Source of the DNA: Patescibacteria group bacterium
GTDB lineage: Bacteria > Patescibacteriota > Patescibacteriia > UBA9570 > JAHJKD01
NCBI GenBank assembly: GCA_043798935.1
Contig: JAZDOC010000002.1
Location: 20,874-84,873 of the forward strand
Reading direction: 5' to 3'
Length of the DNA: 64,000 nucleotides
In this document: positions 40,823-49,730 of the stretch, piece after piece
Layout: the number at the start of each line of letters is the position of its first letter
Numbering within the stretch: the first letter of the stretch is position 1
Notes under the pieces: model-generated
What the model was told of the DNA's origin: nothing
Databases searched by the model: none
The model's input: only the letters and a program-made list of their open reading frames with translations
Translations under genes and position numbers: made by a program

Positions 40823-42423
40823 TAAATCTCTTTCTTATAGCAATCTTCACAATAAACTTTTTCCGGTCTGCCAGATGAGTAGGTTGATTTTATTTTAGTG
40901 CGGCATTTATTACATTCTCGATCATAAATTTTATTATTATTTCTCCAAGTTAAACGCTCAGCATAACGACACTGATAACACTTATCAGGTTCTAGTAGAT
41001 TATGTTGTTTATAAAAATTAATTTCTTGGGGAATTAATTTAAAATTTTTCTGACAAGTTTTGCATTGCTTAATGTCTTTTGGTAGAGACACGCCATGGCG
41101 TGTCTCTGCATCATCATTTAACCACTGCCAGTCATTTTTTTCTGTTTGTTCTTTATCTAAAGGAAAATAATCCTGGGCATTGGTTTCATTGTAGGCGAAC
41201 AGACTATTTTTAACTGGCATAAACTCTCCCCATTCATTATTCTGCTTCATATACTCAACAATCTGTTTAGTTAATTTATTGTATTCGTCTTCGGAATATT
41301 TTTTATTCAAAATGCAATACTCTTGTTTTTTTAATGATGAACATCCAAAAATAAATTTAGAATTTTGGCAATCAAATGAATAAAAATTATCATTACCGCC
41401 ACAGCAATTTATTGATCCGATTGAGTGTCTGGGCATAGGATAGCTTTCTAAATTTTCATAACCAAATTCACCCACGCCACCATATTCACAATCATAAGAA
41501 TCTTTTATCTGCACCATATTACTTACATGTTTACATTTGTCAGCTTCATGCAAATCAAAACAATTTTCACAATCCTTAGTATTATTTAAATAATCCCCAG
41601 TGGAATTAATAATGCGGCCTAGCTGATTTCGATAACTATGGACAGCTTTATTTTTTATTAAATCTTTAAACTTTTTTAATGCTTCTTGTTGCCCTTCTGA
41701 AGTATTTAATTTTAATTCAGCTAGTTTTTTTTCGTACTCTTCTTTTATATATTGTTTATTCAAAAAACAATATTGTTTATTTCTTAGGTTATAACACATA
41801 GTGCAATTCTGAATATTACGGCAATCATAACAAAATTTGCTTTCGTTTGCAGAAAAACATTTTATTAAAAATTCGCATTCATATAATCTTTCGCCAAAAA
41901 AACTTTGATAAGCCAATTCGGACTTAGTGACATGAAAACAATCAACACAATTTTTACAATATTGCAGCCAGTTGGAATAATAACATTGCTCATTATAGTC
42001 TGAAGAAAAAATCAAATAACAACTGCGATTATTGGTTGTTAGATGCGTATAGGCGGAGTTTTCTGATTTTAAATCAAGCACGGCAATTTGCGGAGTTTTT
42101 AAGATTAGCTCATGCCACTGTTTAAAGAAATCTTTATTAAAATCAAATTCTTGTCCATAATCAAGTGGATTGAATTTGTCTGACCACCAGCAATCACGGC
42201 AATATACAGTTAAACCCGTATCGGGTTTATATTGAGAAATTATTGGTTTGTGGCAAAGGTCGCAAGTACGCTGATATAAATTTCTTTCATTTCTATGAGC
42301 CATTCGTCTTTGCCGCCGGCAATCCGGACACAGCGATGGCTCATTTACATTTATGCGTTTATAAAAGTCTTTATCCTCGCTTGTGGTTTCAAATTGTTTC
42401 GAACATTGGTTACATTGTTTCAT
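40819..42423 (-). CDS. Cysteine-rich protein (534 aa, ~45 Cys) with duplicated N- and C-terminal double zinc-ribbon-like modules; function unknown
   Basis: N-term CxxC…FY…EP..CxxCR…RN..LY.R.CxxC…YCxDC repeated near the C-terminus. Central repeats end in (Q/E)YC(F/I)LNK(Q/K)Y. Palindrome AGAGACACGCC-ATGG-CGTGTCTCT embedded at 41085-41108. Confidence 0.5.
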   Translation of the reverse strand: MKQCNQCSKQFETTSEDKDFYKRINVNEPSLCPDCRRQRRMAHRNERNLYQRTCDLCHKPIISQYKPDTGLTVYCRDCWWSDKFNPLDYGQEFDFNKDFFKQWHELILKTPQIAVLDLKSENSAYTHLTTNNRSCYLIFSSDYNEQCYYSNWLQYCKNCVDCFHVTKSELAYQSFFGERLYECEFLIKCFSANESKFCYDCRNIQNCTMCYNLRNKQYCFLNKQYIKEEYEKKLAELKLNTSEGQQEALKKFKDLIKNKAVHSYRNQLGRIINSTGDYLNNTKDCENCFDLHEADKCKHVSNMVQIKDSYDCEYGGVGEFGYENLESYPMPRHSIGSINCCGGNDNFYSFDCQNSKFIFGCSSLKKQEYCILNKKYSEDEYNKLTKQIVEYMKQNNEWGEFMPVKNSLFAYNETNAQDYFPLDKEQTEKNDWQWLNDDAETRHGVSLPKDIKQCKTCQKNFKLIPQEINFYKQHNLLEPDKCYQCRYAERLTWRNNNKIYDRECNKCRTKIKSTYSSGRPEKVYCEDCYKKEIY

Positions 42424-42441
42424 AATGTTTAATATAAATTA

Positions 42442-42984
42442 TTAATTTAATATAATCAAGATACTTGATATTTTATTTAAAATATTTATAGAAAAATTTG
42501 TGTGCCGCCAGCTCTCTCTCGAGATCCAGCGGTTGTATCTCCAGAAGCACTCAGCTTCGTCTAAATATCCTTCAGACCAGTGGGGGCCCGAAGGAAGTTC
42601 ATGCCCGCTTATGAGTGCTCCCATAGGATTTTCAAATTCGAATACACAATAATGTAATGTTCTTACCATTTTATATTCGGGGTCAGCATACCAAAGACCC
42701 GGAAACATTATGGCAGGGTGCATTACCATATTATGGTAATAAAAATCCAGTAATTCATTAGTAGGGATTTCATTGCAGTATTTCTTGATCCACAAGAAAT
42801 CTTCTTCGCTGTAACGTCGTAGCTGCAAGGCCTCTTTCCACTGTTTTTCACTAGTCACAGATACCACGGTGAACTCACGTCCACCGAGGACCACTGTTTC
42901 AGGCAGTTTGCTTGAGATGTACATTGTATTTTCCTTTGATATCCAAAGCGCGAGATTACGCATGGAGTTCCGTTGTTGGAACAA
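42442..42984 (-). CDS. Hypothetical protein (180 aa), Trp/Tyr-rich, higher GC
   Basis: ORF only; no family recognised. Confidence 0.35.
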   Translation of the reverse strand: MFQQRNSMRNLALWISKENTMYISSKLPETVVLGGREFTVVSVTSEKQWKEALQLRRYSEEDFLWIKKYCNEIPTNELLDFYYHNMVMHPAIMFPGLWYADPEYKMVRTLHYCVFEFENPMGALISGHELPSGPHWSEGYLDEAECFWRYNRWISRESWRHTNFSINILNKISSILIILN

Positions 42985-43085
42985 CTCATAATAAACTATA
43001 CTGAATATATGTCAATTTTATGATTAGTTTTTTTGCTAAGATTAGATATTTTGCTAACTTTAGTAAAAATATTATGTCAAAAATA

Positions 43086-43114
43086 TTGACATTTATAAAA
43101 AAATTAGATAAAAT
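43086..43114 (+). promoter_or_regulatory. Sigma70-type promoter TTGACA-17 nt-TAAAAT upstream of TrmB-like paralog 3
   Basis: Read directly. Predicted TSS ~43121, placing the palindrome TGATCGAC-cttgtg-TCGATCA in the leader. Confidence 0.45.
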
Positions 43115-43158
43115 AAAAATGTTATGATCGACCTTGTGTCGATCAGATAATAAAACAT

Positions 43159-43923
43159 ATGAACTATAAACAAGTATTAAAACAATTCGGCCTTACAGAC
43201 AAAGAAACAGAAATATATCTGGCTTGTTTGCAGTTAGGAAACGACACAGTTCTTAACATTGCTAACAAAGCCGAAATAAAACGACCTACAACATATAATA
43301 TTCTCGAAGACCTAATCGAAAAAGGATTAATTTCAAGAAGCAAACAAAACAATAAAAACATATATATTGCTGAAAATCCGGATAAGCTCAATAAATTAGC
43401 CCAAATCAATAAAAACAACATTGAAGCGATCATTCCAGATTTGAACGCTATATATAATGTTCCACGTGGAACTTCAAAACCAACTATTAAAGTATATGAA
43501 GGATTAAATGCTGTTAAAAGTGTTTATTTAGAAATAATGGATTCTATTAAAGGCAAAGATTTAATGAGATTATATGGATCTATGAGCGATGTGGAGGAAA
43601 ACTTTAAAGATATTACCCATTTTTGGGCAGAAAAGAATCAGTATAAAAATTATCATATTAATGATTTATTAAATCCTGATTTATCCGAAAACCAAAAGTT
43701 TATAAATTCAATTAAAAGCATTGATAATCCAAATTATAAAATCAGATCATTGCCACAGGAGTATAAATTCAATAATATAGATAATATCATCTACAAAAAT
43801 ACAATAGCTATTATTTCTGTTAAAAAAGATATTACTGCTACTGTTATTGAAAACGAAGATATAGCCAATGCCTATAAAACAATGTTCGATATTGTTTGGA
43901 ATATATCAAAAGAAATAAAATAA
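43159..43923 (+). CDS. TrmB-like helix-turn-helix transcriptional regulator, paralog 3
   Basis: LKQFGLTDKETEIYLACLQLGNDTVLNIANKAEIKRPTTYNILEDLIEKGLI… wHTH. Shared C-terminal motif. Confidence 0.6.
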   Translation: MNYKQVLKQFGLTDKETEIYLACLQLGNDTVLNIANKAEIKRPTTYNILEDLIEKGLISRSKQNNKNIYIAENPDKLNKLAQINKNNIEAIIPDLNAIYNVPRGTSKPTIKVYEGLNAVKSVYLEIMDSIKGKDLMRLYGSMSDVEENFKDITHFWAEKNQYKNYHINDLLNPDLSENQKFINSIKSIDNPNYKIRSLPQEYKFNNIDNIIYKNTIAIISVKKDITATVIENEDIANAYKTMFDIVWNISKEIK

Positions 43924-43959
43924 TTATCAATGTTCCACGTGGAACAAAAATCAATATAT

Positions 43960-43993
43960 AATGAAGGCGCGATTACGTAATCGCGCCTTCATT
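43960..43993 (+). terminator. Perfect palindrome AATGAAGGCGCGATTACGTAATCGCGCCTTCATT (terminator of TrmB-like paralog 3)
   Basis: 34-bp perfect inverted repeat followed by a T-rich run. A relative is at 8098-8133. Confidence 0.55.
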
Positions 43994-44005
43994 ATTTTAT
44001 TATTA

Positions 44006-44219
44006 TGTGGACCCTAGGAGAGTTGCCCGCCCGAGGCGGGTCCGCCTTAGGCGGAAATTCCTGAACTTCCCGACGTGACGTCGGCACGCTCTATAGTAAA
44101 AACTGATTAAAATGTGGACCCTAGGAGAGTTGCCCGCCCGAGGCGGGTCCGCCTTAGGCGGAAATTCCTGAACTTCCCGACGTGACGTCGGCACGCTCTA
44201 TAGTAAAAACTGATTAAAA
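44006..44219. repeat. Two identical 107-bp tandem direct repeats, each starting with a copy of the 3' end of the adjacent tRNA-Ala (TGTGGACCCTAGGAGAG) followed by three GC-rich hairpins
   Basis: Units 44006-44112 and 44113-44219 are identical by eye. The third unit position is the genuine tRNA-Ala gene. Looks like att-site/integration scars or a tRNA-end duplication. Confidence 0.7.
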
Positions 44220-44221
44220 TG

Positions 44222-44297
44222 TGGTGGACCCTAGGAGATTCGAACTCCTGACCTCTCCCATGCCATGGGAGCGCTCTACCAACTGAGCTAAGGGCCC
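44222..44297 (-). tRNA. tRNA-Ala (anticodon GGC), CCA encoded
   Basis: Reverse complement GGGCCCTTAGCTCAGTTGGTAGAGCGCTCCC-ATGGCAT-GGGAG…GGAGTTCGAATCTCCTAGGGTCCACCA. Confidence 0.75.
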
Positions 44298-44406
44298 GTT
44301 TTCTCAAATATATTTTGACACACAATTATTATCATACACCTTTTCGACAATAATTTCAATAGTAATGCTGTGGGTAATACTACTGTGGTGTCATTATATC
44401 ATTTTG

Positions 44407-44478
44407 TGCCCCCGGGGGGAATCGGACCACCATCTAGGCTTTAGGAGTGCCTTGTTCTATCCATTGAACTACGGGGAC
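44407..44478 (-). tRNA. tRNA-like sequence, probably tRNA-Arg (anticodon CCT); degenerate, possible pseudogene
   Basis: Good acceptor stem (with G·U) and D-arm (GTAGTTCAATGGATAGAAC). The anticodon loop CTCCTAA reads CCT in a canonical loop context (A-A mismatch at the loop-closing pair). The T-stem carries a T-C mismatch and the T-loop reads TCCGATT, not canonical. Confidence 0.35.
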
Positions 44479-44607
44479 TTATAATATTGTTTGTTATCCA
44501 TTGCCAGCCCGAAGCTGGTCCGCCTTTGGCGAAAACTACGATGATAATATATTATGAAATCTTAAATATATTTGCTAACACTAGCTATTTTTAAGTGTCG
44601 TAAAATA

Positions 44608-44748
44608 CTATTTCTGTAATATTGAAGTATAAAATGAATGAGCCCAAGATTCTAATTTATTACTTCTTGAATCATAAATAATTAAAAGAGCCAAAATTAA
44701 AATAAAACTAGCAATTAAAGCAAAGATCATTAACAAATCTTTTTTCAT
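44608..44748 (-). CDS. Candidate small hydrophobic peptide (46 aa, single TM)
   Basis: ATG…TAG ORF, MKKDLLMIFALIASFILILALLIIYDS… Below the size cutoff of the supplied ORF track. Confidence 0.2.
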   Translation of the reverse strand: MKKDLLMIFALIASFILILALLIIYDSRSNKLESWAHSFYTSILQK

Positions 44749-44907
44749 GTGGGATTGATCCATATTTTTTTTATTTGAGCTTAATTTTTTATTAAAATCT
44801 AATTATATATTTTATCAACATTTTGAAATTCCACAAGGGTATTTACAAACCGACTATCCTATTATAATCTATATACTGCTTTTTATCCAAATATTAAAAA
44901 AAATTTT

Positions 44908-45315
44908 ATGCGTCCCATGTTTAAAAGTGAAGATGAAGGCTACACCAGCCAAGAAGCCGAAACTATTATCGGCAAGTCTGTTAAAATTGAAGGAACGTTC
45001 AACGGTGAAGGAAATATTATTGTCGAAGGTGAAGTAGAGGGAAATTTAAAAACCAATGAAGACCTAATTGTAAAACCAGGCGCAAAAATTTCAGCTGATG
45101 TTGAAGCCGCTAACATGAAAATTTCCGGTGAAATTAAAGGCAACATTAAATGTCATGGCAGTTTGGAAATTACTAGTACTGGTAATGTAATGGGAGATCT
45201 TGAAACTAAAATATTATCAATTGCATCGGGAGCAGTTTTAAAAGGCCAGTGTCAAGTTGAAGGAGCTAGCGGCTCTACTTTTTCTTCAGAAACCGAAACT
45301 GATGATCAAGAATAA
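44908..45315 (+). CDS. Bactofilin-family cytoskeletal protein
   Basis: Beta-helical repeat pattern (…ISGEIKGNIKCHGSLEITSTGNVMGDLET…). 135 aa. Confidence 0.65.
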   Translation: MRPMFKSEDEGYTSQEAETIIGKSVKIEGTFNGEGNIIVEGEVEGNLKTNEDLIVKPGAKISADVEAANMKISGEIKGNIKCHGSLEITSTGNVMGDLETKILSIASGAVLKGQCQVEGASGSTFSSETETDDQE

Positions 45316-45330
45316 ATAGAATAACTGAAA

Positions 45331-46110
45331 ATGTTTTTCTATTATTATGATGCTTTTGTAAGTGATAAAAAAAACGAGGAAGAACTTACTAAGGCTGAAA
45401 ATCGATTAATTACTTTGGGCATCAATGGCAGAATTGAAAAGTCTTCGGTTTTGCGTAATGCCAAAGAATCCATTGAAGACGGCATTAAACAAGGAGCTCA
45501 TACTATAATCGCGGTTGGTGACGACAACACTCTAACAAAAGTAGTTAATATTGCTGCTGAAAAAAATGTAACTATTGGTTTTATTCCCATGATTAAAAAT
45601 TCTAAATTTGCGGAAATATTAGGCATCGCTGATTCGCTGGAAGCATGCAATATTTTATCTAAACGCTTAACTAAAAAAATCAATCTAGGAAAAGCTAATC
45701 TGAATTATTTTTTAGCTTCGCTGAATTTACCACAGTCTGACGGTTTACAAATAGAGTGCGATGAAAAATTTAAAATAAGTTTGCGCCATCATAATTGTAA
45801 ATTATCCATTTATAATCTGGGTAATTTTTTAATAGCGTCCAAGAGAGAAGATTGGAAATTATTTCCAGGGCGGAGTAATCATTTATTTGTTTCAATTTTA
45901 CCGCAAAGCAAAAAAAAATTTGGTGGTTTAGTTCGCACGTCAAACCAGGAAAGAGAGAGTATATTTCCGGCTAAAAAAATTAAAATTACATCCCCGGATA
46001 TTTCGGCGCCAGTTATATTAGATGAACAAACTACTTTAAAAACTCCAGTGACAGTTTCATTCAAACCTAAAAAAATAACTTTTATTGTGGGGCGAAACCG
46101 CAAGATATAA
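45331..46110 (+). CDS. DAGK_cat-like (YegS/diacylglycerol-kinase catalytic domain) protein with degenerate GGDGT motif
   Basis: IIAVGDDNTLTKVVN and IGFIPMIKNS resemble the GGDGT and IPxGTGN segments of the lipid-kinase catalytic domain. Confidence 0.45.
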   Translation: MFFYYYDAFVSDKKNEEELTKAENRLITLGINGRIEKSSVLRNAKESIEDGIKQGAHTIIAVGDDNTLTKVVNIAAEKNVTIGFIPMIKNSKFAEILGIADSLEACNILSKRLTKKINLGKANLNYFLASLNLPQSDGLQIECDEKFKISLRHHNCKLSIYNLGNFLIASKREDWKLFPGRSNHLFVSILPQSKKKFGGLVRTSNQERESIFPAKKIKITSPDISAPVILDEQTTLKTPVTVSFKPKKITFIVGRNRKI

Positions 46111-46361
46111 AGAGTATTATTTTTAAAATATGTTTTATTTTTTTTTACCCTGAATAAATTCAGAGCCTAAAAAAATAATTTATATACACCTTTTAATTAT
46201 TGAAATGGGACAGGCCTCGAATTCATTCGGTGCATACTGGCTTATTTGTTTTGTACCACGCTGTTTTTTTATTTTTAAAATCGCGCCATAAAATAGTTGA
46301 CATTTTCGCTAAAAAAATATAAAGTAAATAAACGAAATTAACTTTACCTTGCTAAAACAAC

Positions 46362-48362
46362 ATGAATGTAAGCGAACTGATTAGAAAACTTAAAATGAAC
46401 AGGGAAGAATTCTTTGGCTTGGCTAAAGATTTAGGATTTGGTATTGGTGAGCGCGCCATAAAAATTGATGATCGCGTAGCTAATAAACTGACCGAAGCAA
46501 TTAAACAGCATTTTAAACAAAGTGCTAAGCGAAGCTTATTTGCCGATGAGTCTACTGCTACCGCCGATACCCAAGACGTTACTGACAATAAAGATGAACA
46601 GAAAATAGTTTTAATACCAGAAAAAATTACAGTTAAAAATTTTGCTGACAGGCTGCATAAACAGGTGACAGATTTAATTGCCATCTTACTTAAAAACGGC
46701 ATGATGGCCACAATTAATGAAAATTTAGATTTTGAAACTGCCTCAATTATTGCTGAAGATTTAGGATTCAAGCCAGAAAAAGAAACTGATGTTACCGAAG
46801 AAAAACATGCTGAAAAAGAAACTAAAAAAATTGCCGAAATATTAAAGCTAGAAAGCCAACAAAAAAGCACCTTGAAAGAGCGCCCGCCAGTAATTGTGGT
46901 AATGGGCCATGTTGATCATGGTAAAACAAAACTGCTCGATGCTATTCGACACACTAATGTTGTAGATGAAGAAGCTGGTGGTATTACTCAGAGCATTGGC
47001 GCTTACCAGGTTGAACACAATGGACGATTAATAACATTTATTGACACACCCGGTCATGAAGCTTTTACTGCGATGCGTTCCCGTGGTGCTAATGTAGCTG
47101 ATTTGGCTATCTTAGTTGTCGCGGCCGACGATGGCGTAAAACCACAAACCGTGGAAGCCATTGAAATTATGGAAAAAGCCCAGTTGCCTTATGTTGTGGC
47201 GATTAATAAAATTGATAAAGAAACAGCTGATGTTGAAAAAGTGAAAAAGAATTTAAGCGACTTGAATTTAATTCCGGAAGAGTGGGGTGGTAAAACAATT
47301 TGTGTTCCCATTTCGGCTAAACAACATTTACATATCGATGAACTATTAGACATGCTTCTATTATTAGCCGACATGAATAAAGAAAAAATCATGGCTAACC
47401 CTAACCGAGATGCTGTGGGTACGATTATCGAATCTAAAATTGATAAAGACTCGGGCCCAATCGCCACTGTATTAGTTCAAACTGGAACATTAAAAATTGG
47501 TGATCTGGTAATAGTAGGCCAAGTATCAGGAAAAATTAAAGCACTAAAAAACTGGAAAGGTAATCAGCAAGATAAAGCTCTACCAGCTACACCAGTAAGA
47601 TTCTTGGGTTTAAAAGGCGCTCCAGTTGTGGGTGATGTTTTACAGGTGACCACAGATAAAAAAGCTTTGAAGACAAAACAGAAACAATATCAGAGTTTTG
47701 GATTTTTACAGGCGCAAAAGCCAACCGAAGACACGGAAGAAACAAAACAATTAAAAGTAGTTTTAAAAGCCGATACTTTAGGATCACTAGAGGCTATTAT
47801 TTCATCTCTAGAAAAAATTCAACATAAAGAAGTTAGCATTTCGATAGTTAATAAAGGCTTGGGTAATATCACTGAAAAAGATATTGATCAAGCCGAGGCC
47901 GGCAAAGCTGTGATCGTTGGTTTTAATGTTTCTCTGACGCCGACCGGGCAAGACCACGCTCATGGCACTACGATCGTCATTAAAACTTACAAAATAATTT
48001 ACGAGTTGATTGATTTCATTAAAGAACAACTAGAAGCATTGCTACCACCGGAAATTATTTATGAAAAAGTTGGCGTTTTAAAAGTTTTAGCAATTTTCAA
48101 ATCGGCGAACAAGTACACAATTTTGGGTGGCCGAGTTGAAGAGGGTATCATTAAAGACAAAGCCATTGTAAAAATATTCAGAAGTGAAAAACAAATCGGC
48201 GAAGGCACAATTAGCCAATTACAATCTGAGAAAAAAAATGTTTCGGAAATTAAAGCCAAGGGTACAGAATGTGGTATTCAATTAAGTAGCGAGGCAACCC
48301 TGGCACAAAATGACATTTTAGAAATTTACGAGAAACGAGAAATAAAGAAAAAATTATTTTAA
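46362..48362 (+). CDS. infB: Translation initiation factor IF-2
   Basis: G domain VVMGHVDHGKTKLLDAIR, DTPGHEAF, NKID. C-terminal beta-barrels. 666 aa. Confidence 0.9.
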   Translation: MNVSELIRKLKMNREEFFGLAKDLGFGIGERAIKIDDRVANKLTEAIKQHFKQSAKRSLFADESTATADTQDVTDNKDEQKIVLIPEKITVKNFADRLHKQVTDLIAILLKNGMMATINENLDFETASIIAEDLGFKPEKETDVTEEKHAEKETKKIAEILKLESQQKSTLKERPPVIVVMGHVDHGKTKLLDAIRHTNVVDEEAGGITQSIGAYQVEHNGRLITFIDTPGHEAFTAMRSRGANVADLAILVVAADDGVKPQTVEAIEIMEKAQLPYVVAINKIDKETADVEKVKKNLSDLNLIPEEWGGKTICVPISAKQHLHIDELLDMLLLLADMNKEKIMANPNRDAVGTIIESKIDKDSGPIATVLVQTGTLKIGDLVIVGQVSGKIKALKNWKGNQQDKALPATPVRFLGLKGAPVVGDVLQVTTDKKALKTKQKQYQSFGFLQAQKPTEDTEETKQLKVVLKADTLGSLEAIISSLEKIQHKEVSISIVNKGLGNITEKDIDQAEAGKAVIVGFNVSLTPTGQDHAHGTTIVIKTYKIIYELIDFIKEQLEALLPPEIIYEKVGVLKVLAIFKSANKYTILGGRVEEGIIKDKAIVKIFRSEKQIGEGTISQLQSEKKNVSEIKAKGTECGIQLSSEATLAQNDILEIYEKREIKKKLF

Positions 48363-48695
48363 ATGAATAAACGCATATCGCAAATTAATGAACTCATCCG
48401 TTCTTTAATTGGTAAAGCAATTTTAGAAGAAATTGAATTACCACTGGGCTCATTAGTAACAGTGGTAAAAGTTGATACTGCGCCCGATCTTAAAACTACC
48501 ATAGTAAATATTAGCATCCTGCCAGACAACAGAAGTTTGTCCATATTTGAATTCCTTAATAAAAAAATAGTGCGAATTCAAAGATACGTTGGTAAAAATT
48601 TATCATTAAGAAACACGCCGCGTATTACTTTTAAATTAGATTTTACCGAGCGTCGAGCATCCCACATGGATCAAGTGCTTGACAGTTTACAATAA
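48363..48695 (+). CDS. rbfA: Ribosome-binding factor A
   Basis: KH-like RbfA sequence (RISQINELIRSLIGKAI…TVVKVDTAPDLK). Immediately follows infB. Confidence 0.8.
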   Translation: MNKRISQINELIRSLIGKAILEEIELPLGSLVTVVKVDTAPDLKTTIVNISILPDNRSLSIFEFLNKKIVRIQRYVGKNLSLRNTPRITFKLDFTERRASHMDQVLDSLQ

Positions 48696-48742
48696 AACAT
48701 ATATATTAATTAGCTCGTTTTGATTAATCCTTTTTTTATTAT

Positions 48743-49726
48743 ATGGCCATTTTAGCCGAAATTCAAAAACAAATTTTAGCCGAAATTCAAAAAGCTAAAC
48801 ATATAATGCTAGTAGCCCACCCCAAGCCAGACGGTGATGCGGCCGGCTCTTGTTTGGCCATGGCTCATTATTTAGAAGATTTACATAAAAGCTTCACTTG
48901 TTTTTGTTTAGGTGATTTAAGCCCATCGCTTCTTTTTTTGCCAAAAAACCAATACATAAAAAATCAGGCTCATCATTTTACTGAAAATAAATTTGATTTA
49001 TTAATTGTTTTGGATTCGGGTGATTTACGCTATGCCGGCATTTCCGACTATTTGGATGGAATGACTCAAGATTTTAAAATTATTAATATTGACCATCATC
49101 CAACTAACGAAATGTATGGCCATTTTAATTTAGTGATTTCCGACGCTTCCTCAACTTGTGAAATTGTTTATAATTTATTAAATAGTGTTAAAGCCTTAAA
49201 TAAAAATATTTCTACTTGTCTTTTAACCGGGATCATTACCGATACGGGTGGCTTTTCAAATTTAGCAACCAGCGCCACGGCCATTGATACTGCCAGTCGT
49301 TTGTTATTACACGGTGCGAATTTTAATAAAATTCATAATCAAACTTTAAACAATCGTTCTCTAAATTCTTTAAAATTATGGGGGCGAGCTTTAGAGCGCT
49401 TATTTAAAGATCCGGAAACTGGTTTTATTACGACAGCCATTACCCGCCAAGATTTAGATGAGTGCGATGCTGATTTAGATGCGTGTGAGGGGGTATCAAA
49501 CTTTCTCAATACCCTAGAGGAATCTAGAAATCAAACCGTAATGGTTTTAAGCGAACGTGAAGCTGGACAAATTAAAGTTTCACTACGCACCACTTCGCCT
49601 TTGATTGATGTGAGTAAATTTGCTAAACTAAATGGTGGCGGTGGACATAAAAAAGCCGCCGGCTATAGTATTAAAGGATCATTAACTAAAACTTCATATG
49701 GATGGACAATTAAAAAACTCGACTAA
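48743..49726 (+). CDS. DHH-DHHA1 phosphoesterase (second NrnA-like paralog)
   Basis: [17 protein letters not shown] motif. C-terminal GGGH ([10 protein letters not shown]). 327 aa. Confidence 0.7.
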   Translation: MAILAEIQKQILAEIQKAKHIMLVAHPKPDGDAAGSCLAMAHYLEDLHKSFTCFCLGDLSPSLLFLPKNQYIKNQAHHFTENKFDLLIVLDSGDLRYAGISDYLDGMTQDFKIINIDHHPTNEMYGHFNLVISDASSTCEIVYNLLNSVKALNKNISTCLLTGIITDTGGFSNLATSATAIDTASRLLLHGANFNKIHNQTLNNRSLNSLKLWGRALERLFKDPETGFITTAITRQDLDECDADLDACEGVSNFLNTLEESRNQTVMVLSEREAGQIKVSLRTTSPLIDVSKFAKLNGGGGHKKAAGYSIKGSLTKTSYGWTIKKLD

Positions 49727-49730
49727 CCAA

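Noticed and set aside
44006-44219. Possible CRISPR array
   Set aside because: There are only two identical 107-bp units with no unique spacers. The units start with a tRNA 3' end and no cas genes are nearby. They are a tandem repeat, not a CRISPR array.
44003-44325. ORFs 44003-44194 and 44107-44325 (minus strand)
   Set aside because: They are translations of the 107-bp tandem repeat and the tRNA-Ala gene. Both read the same repeated peptide, an artefact of the repeat.
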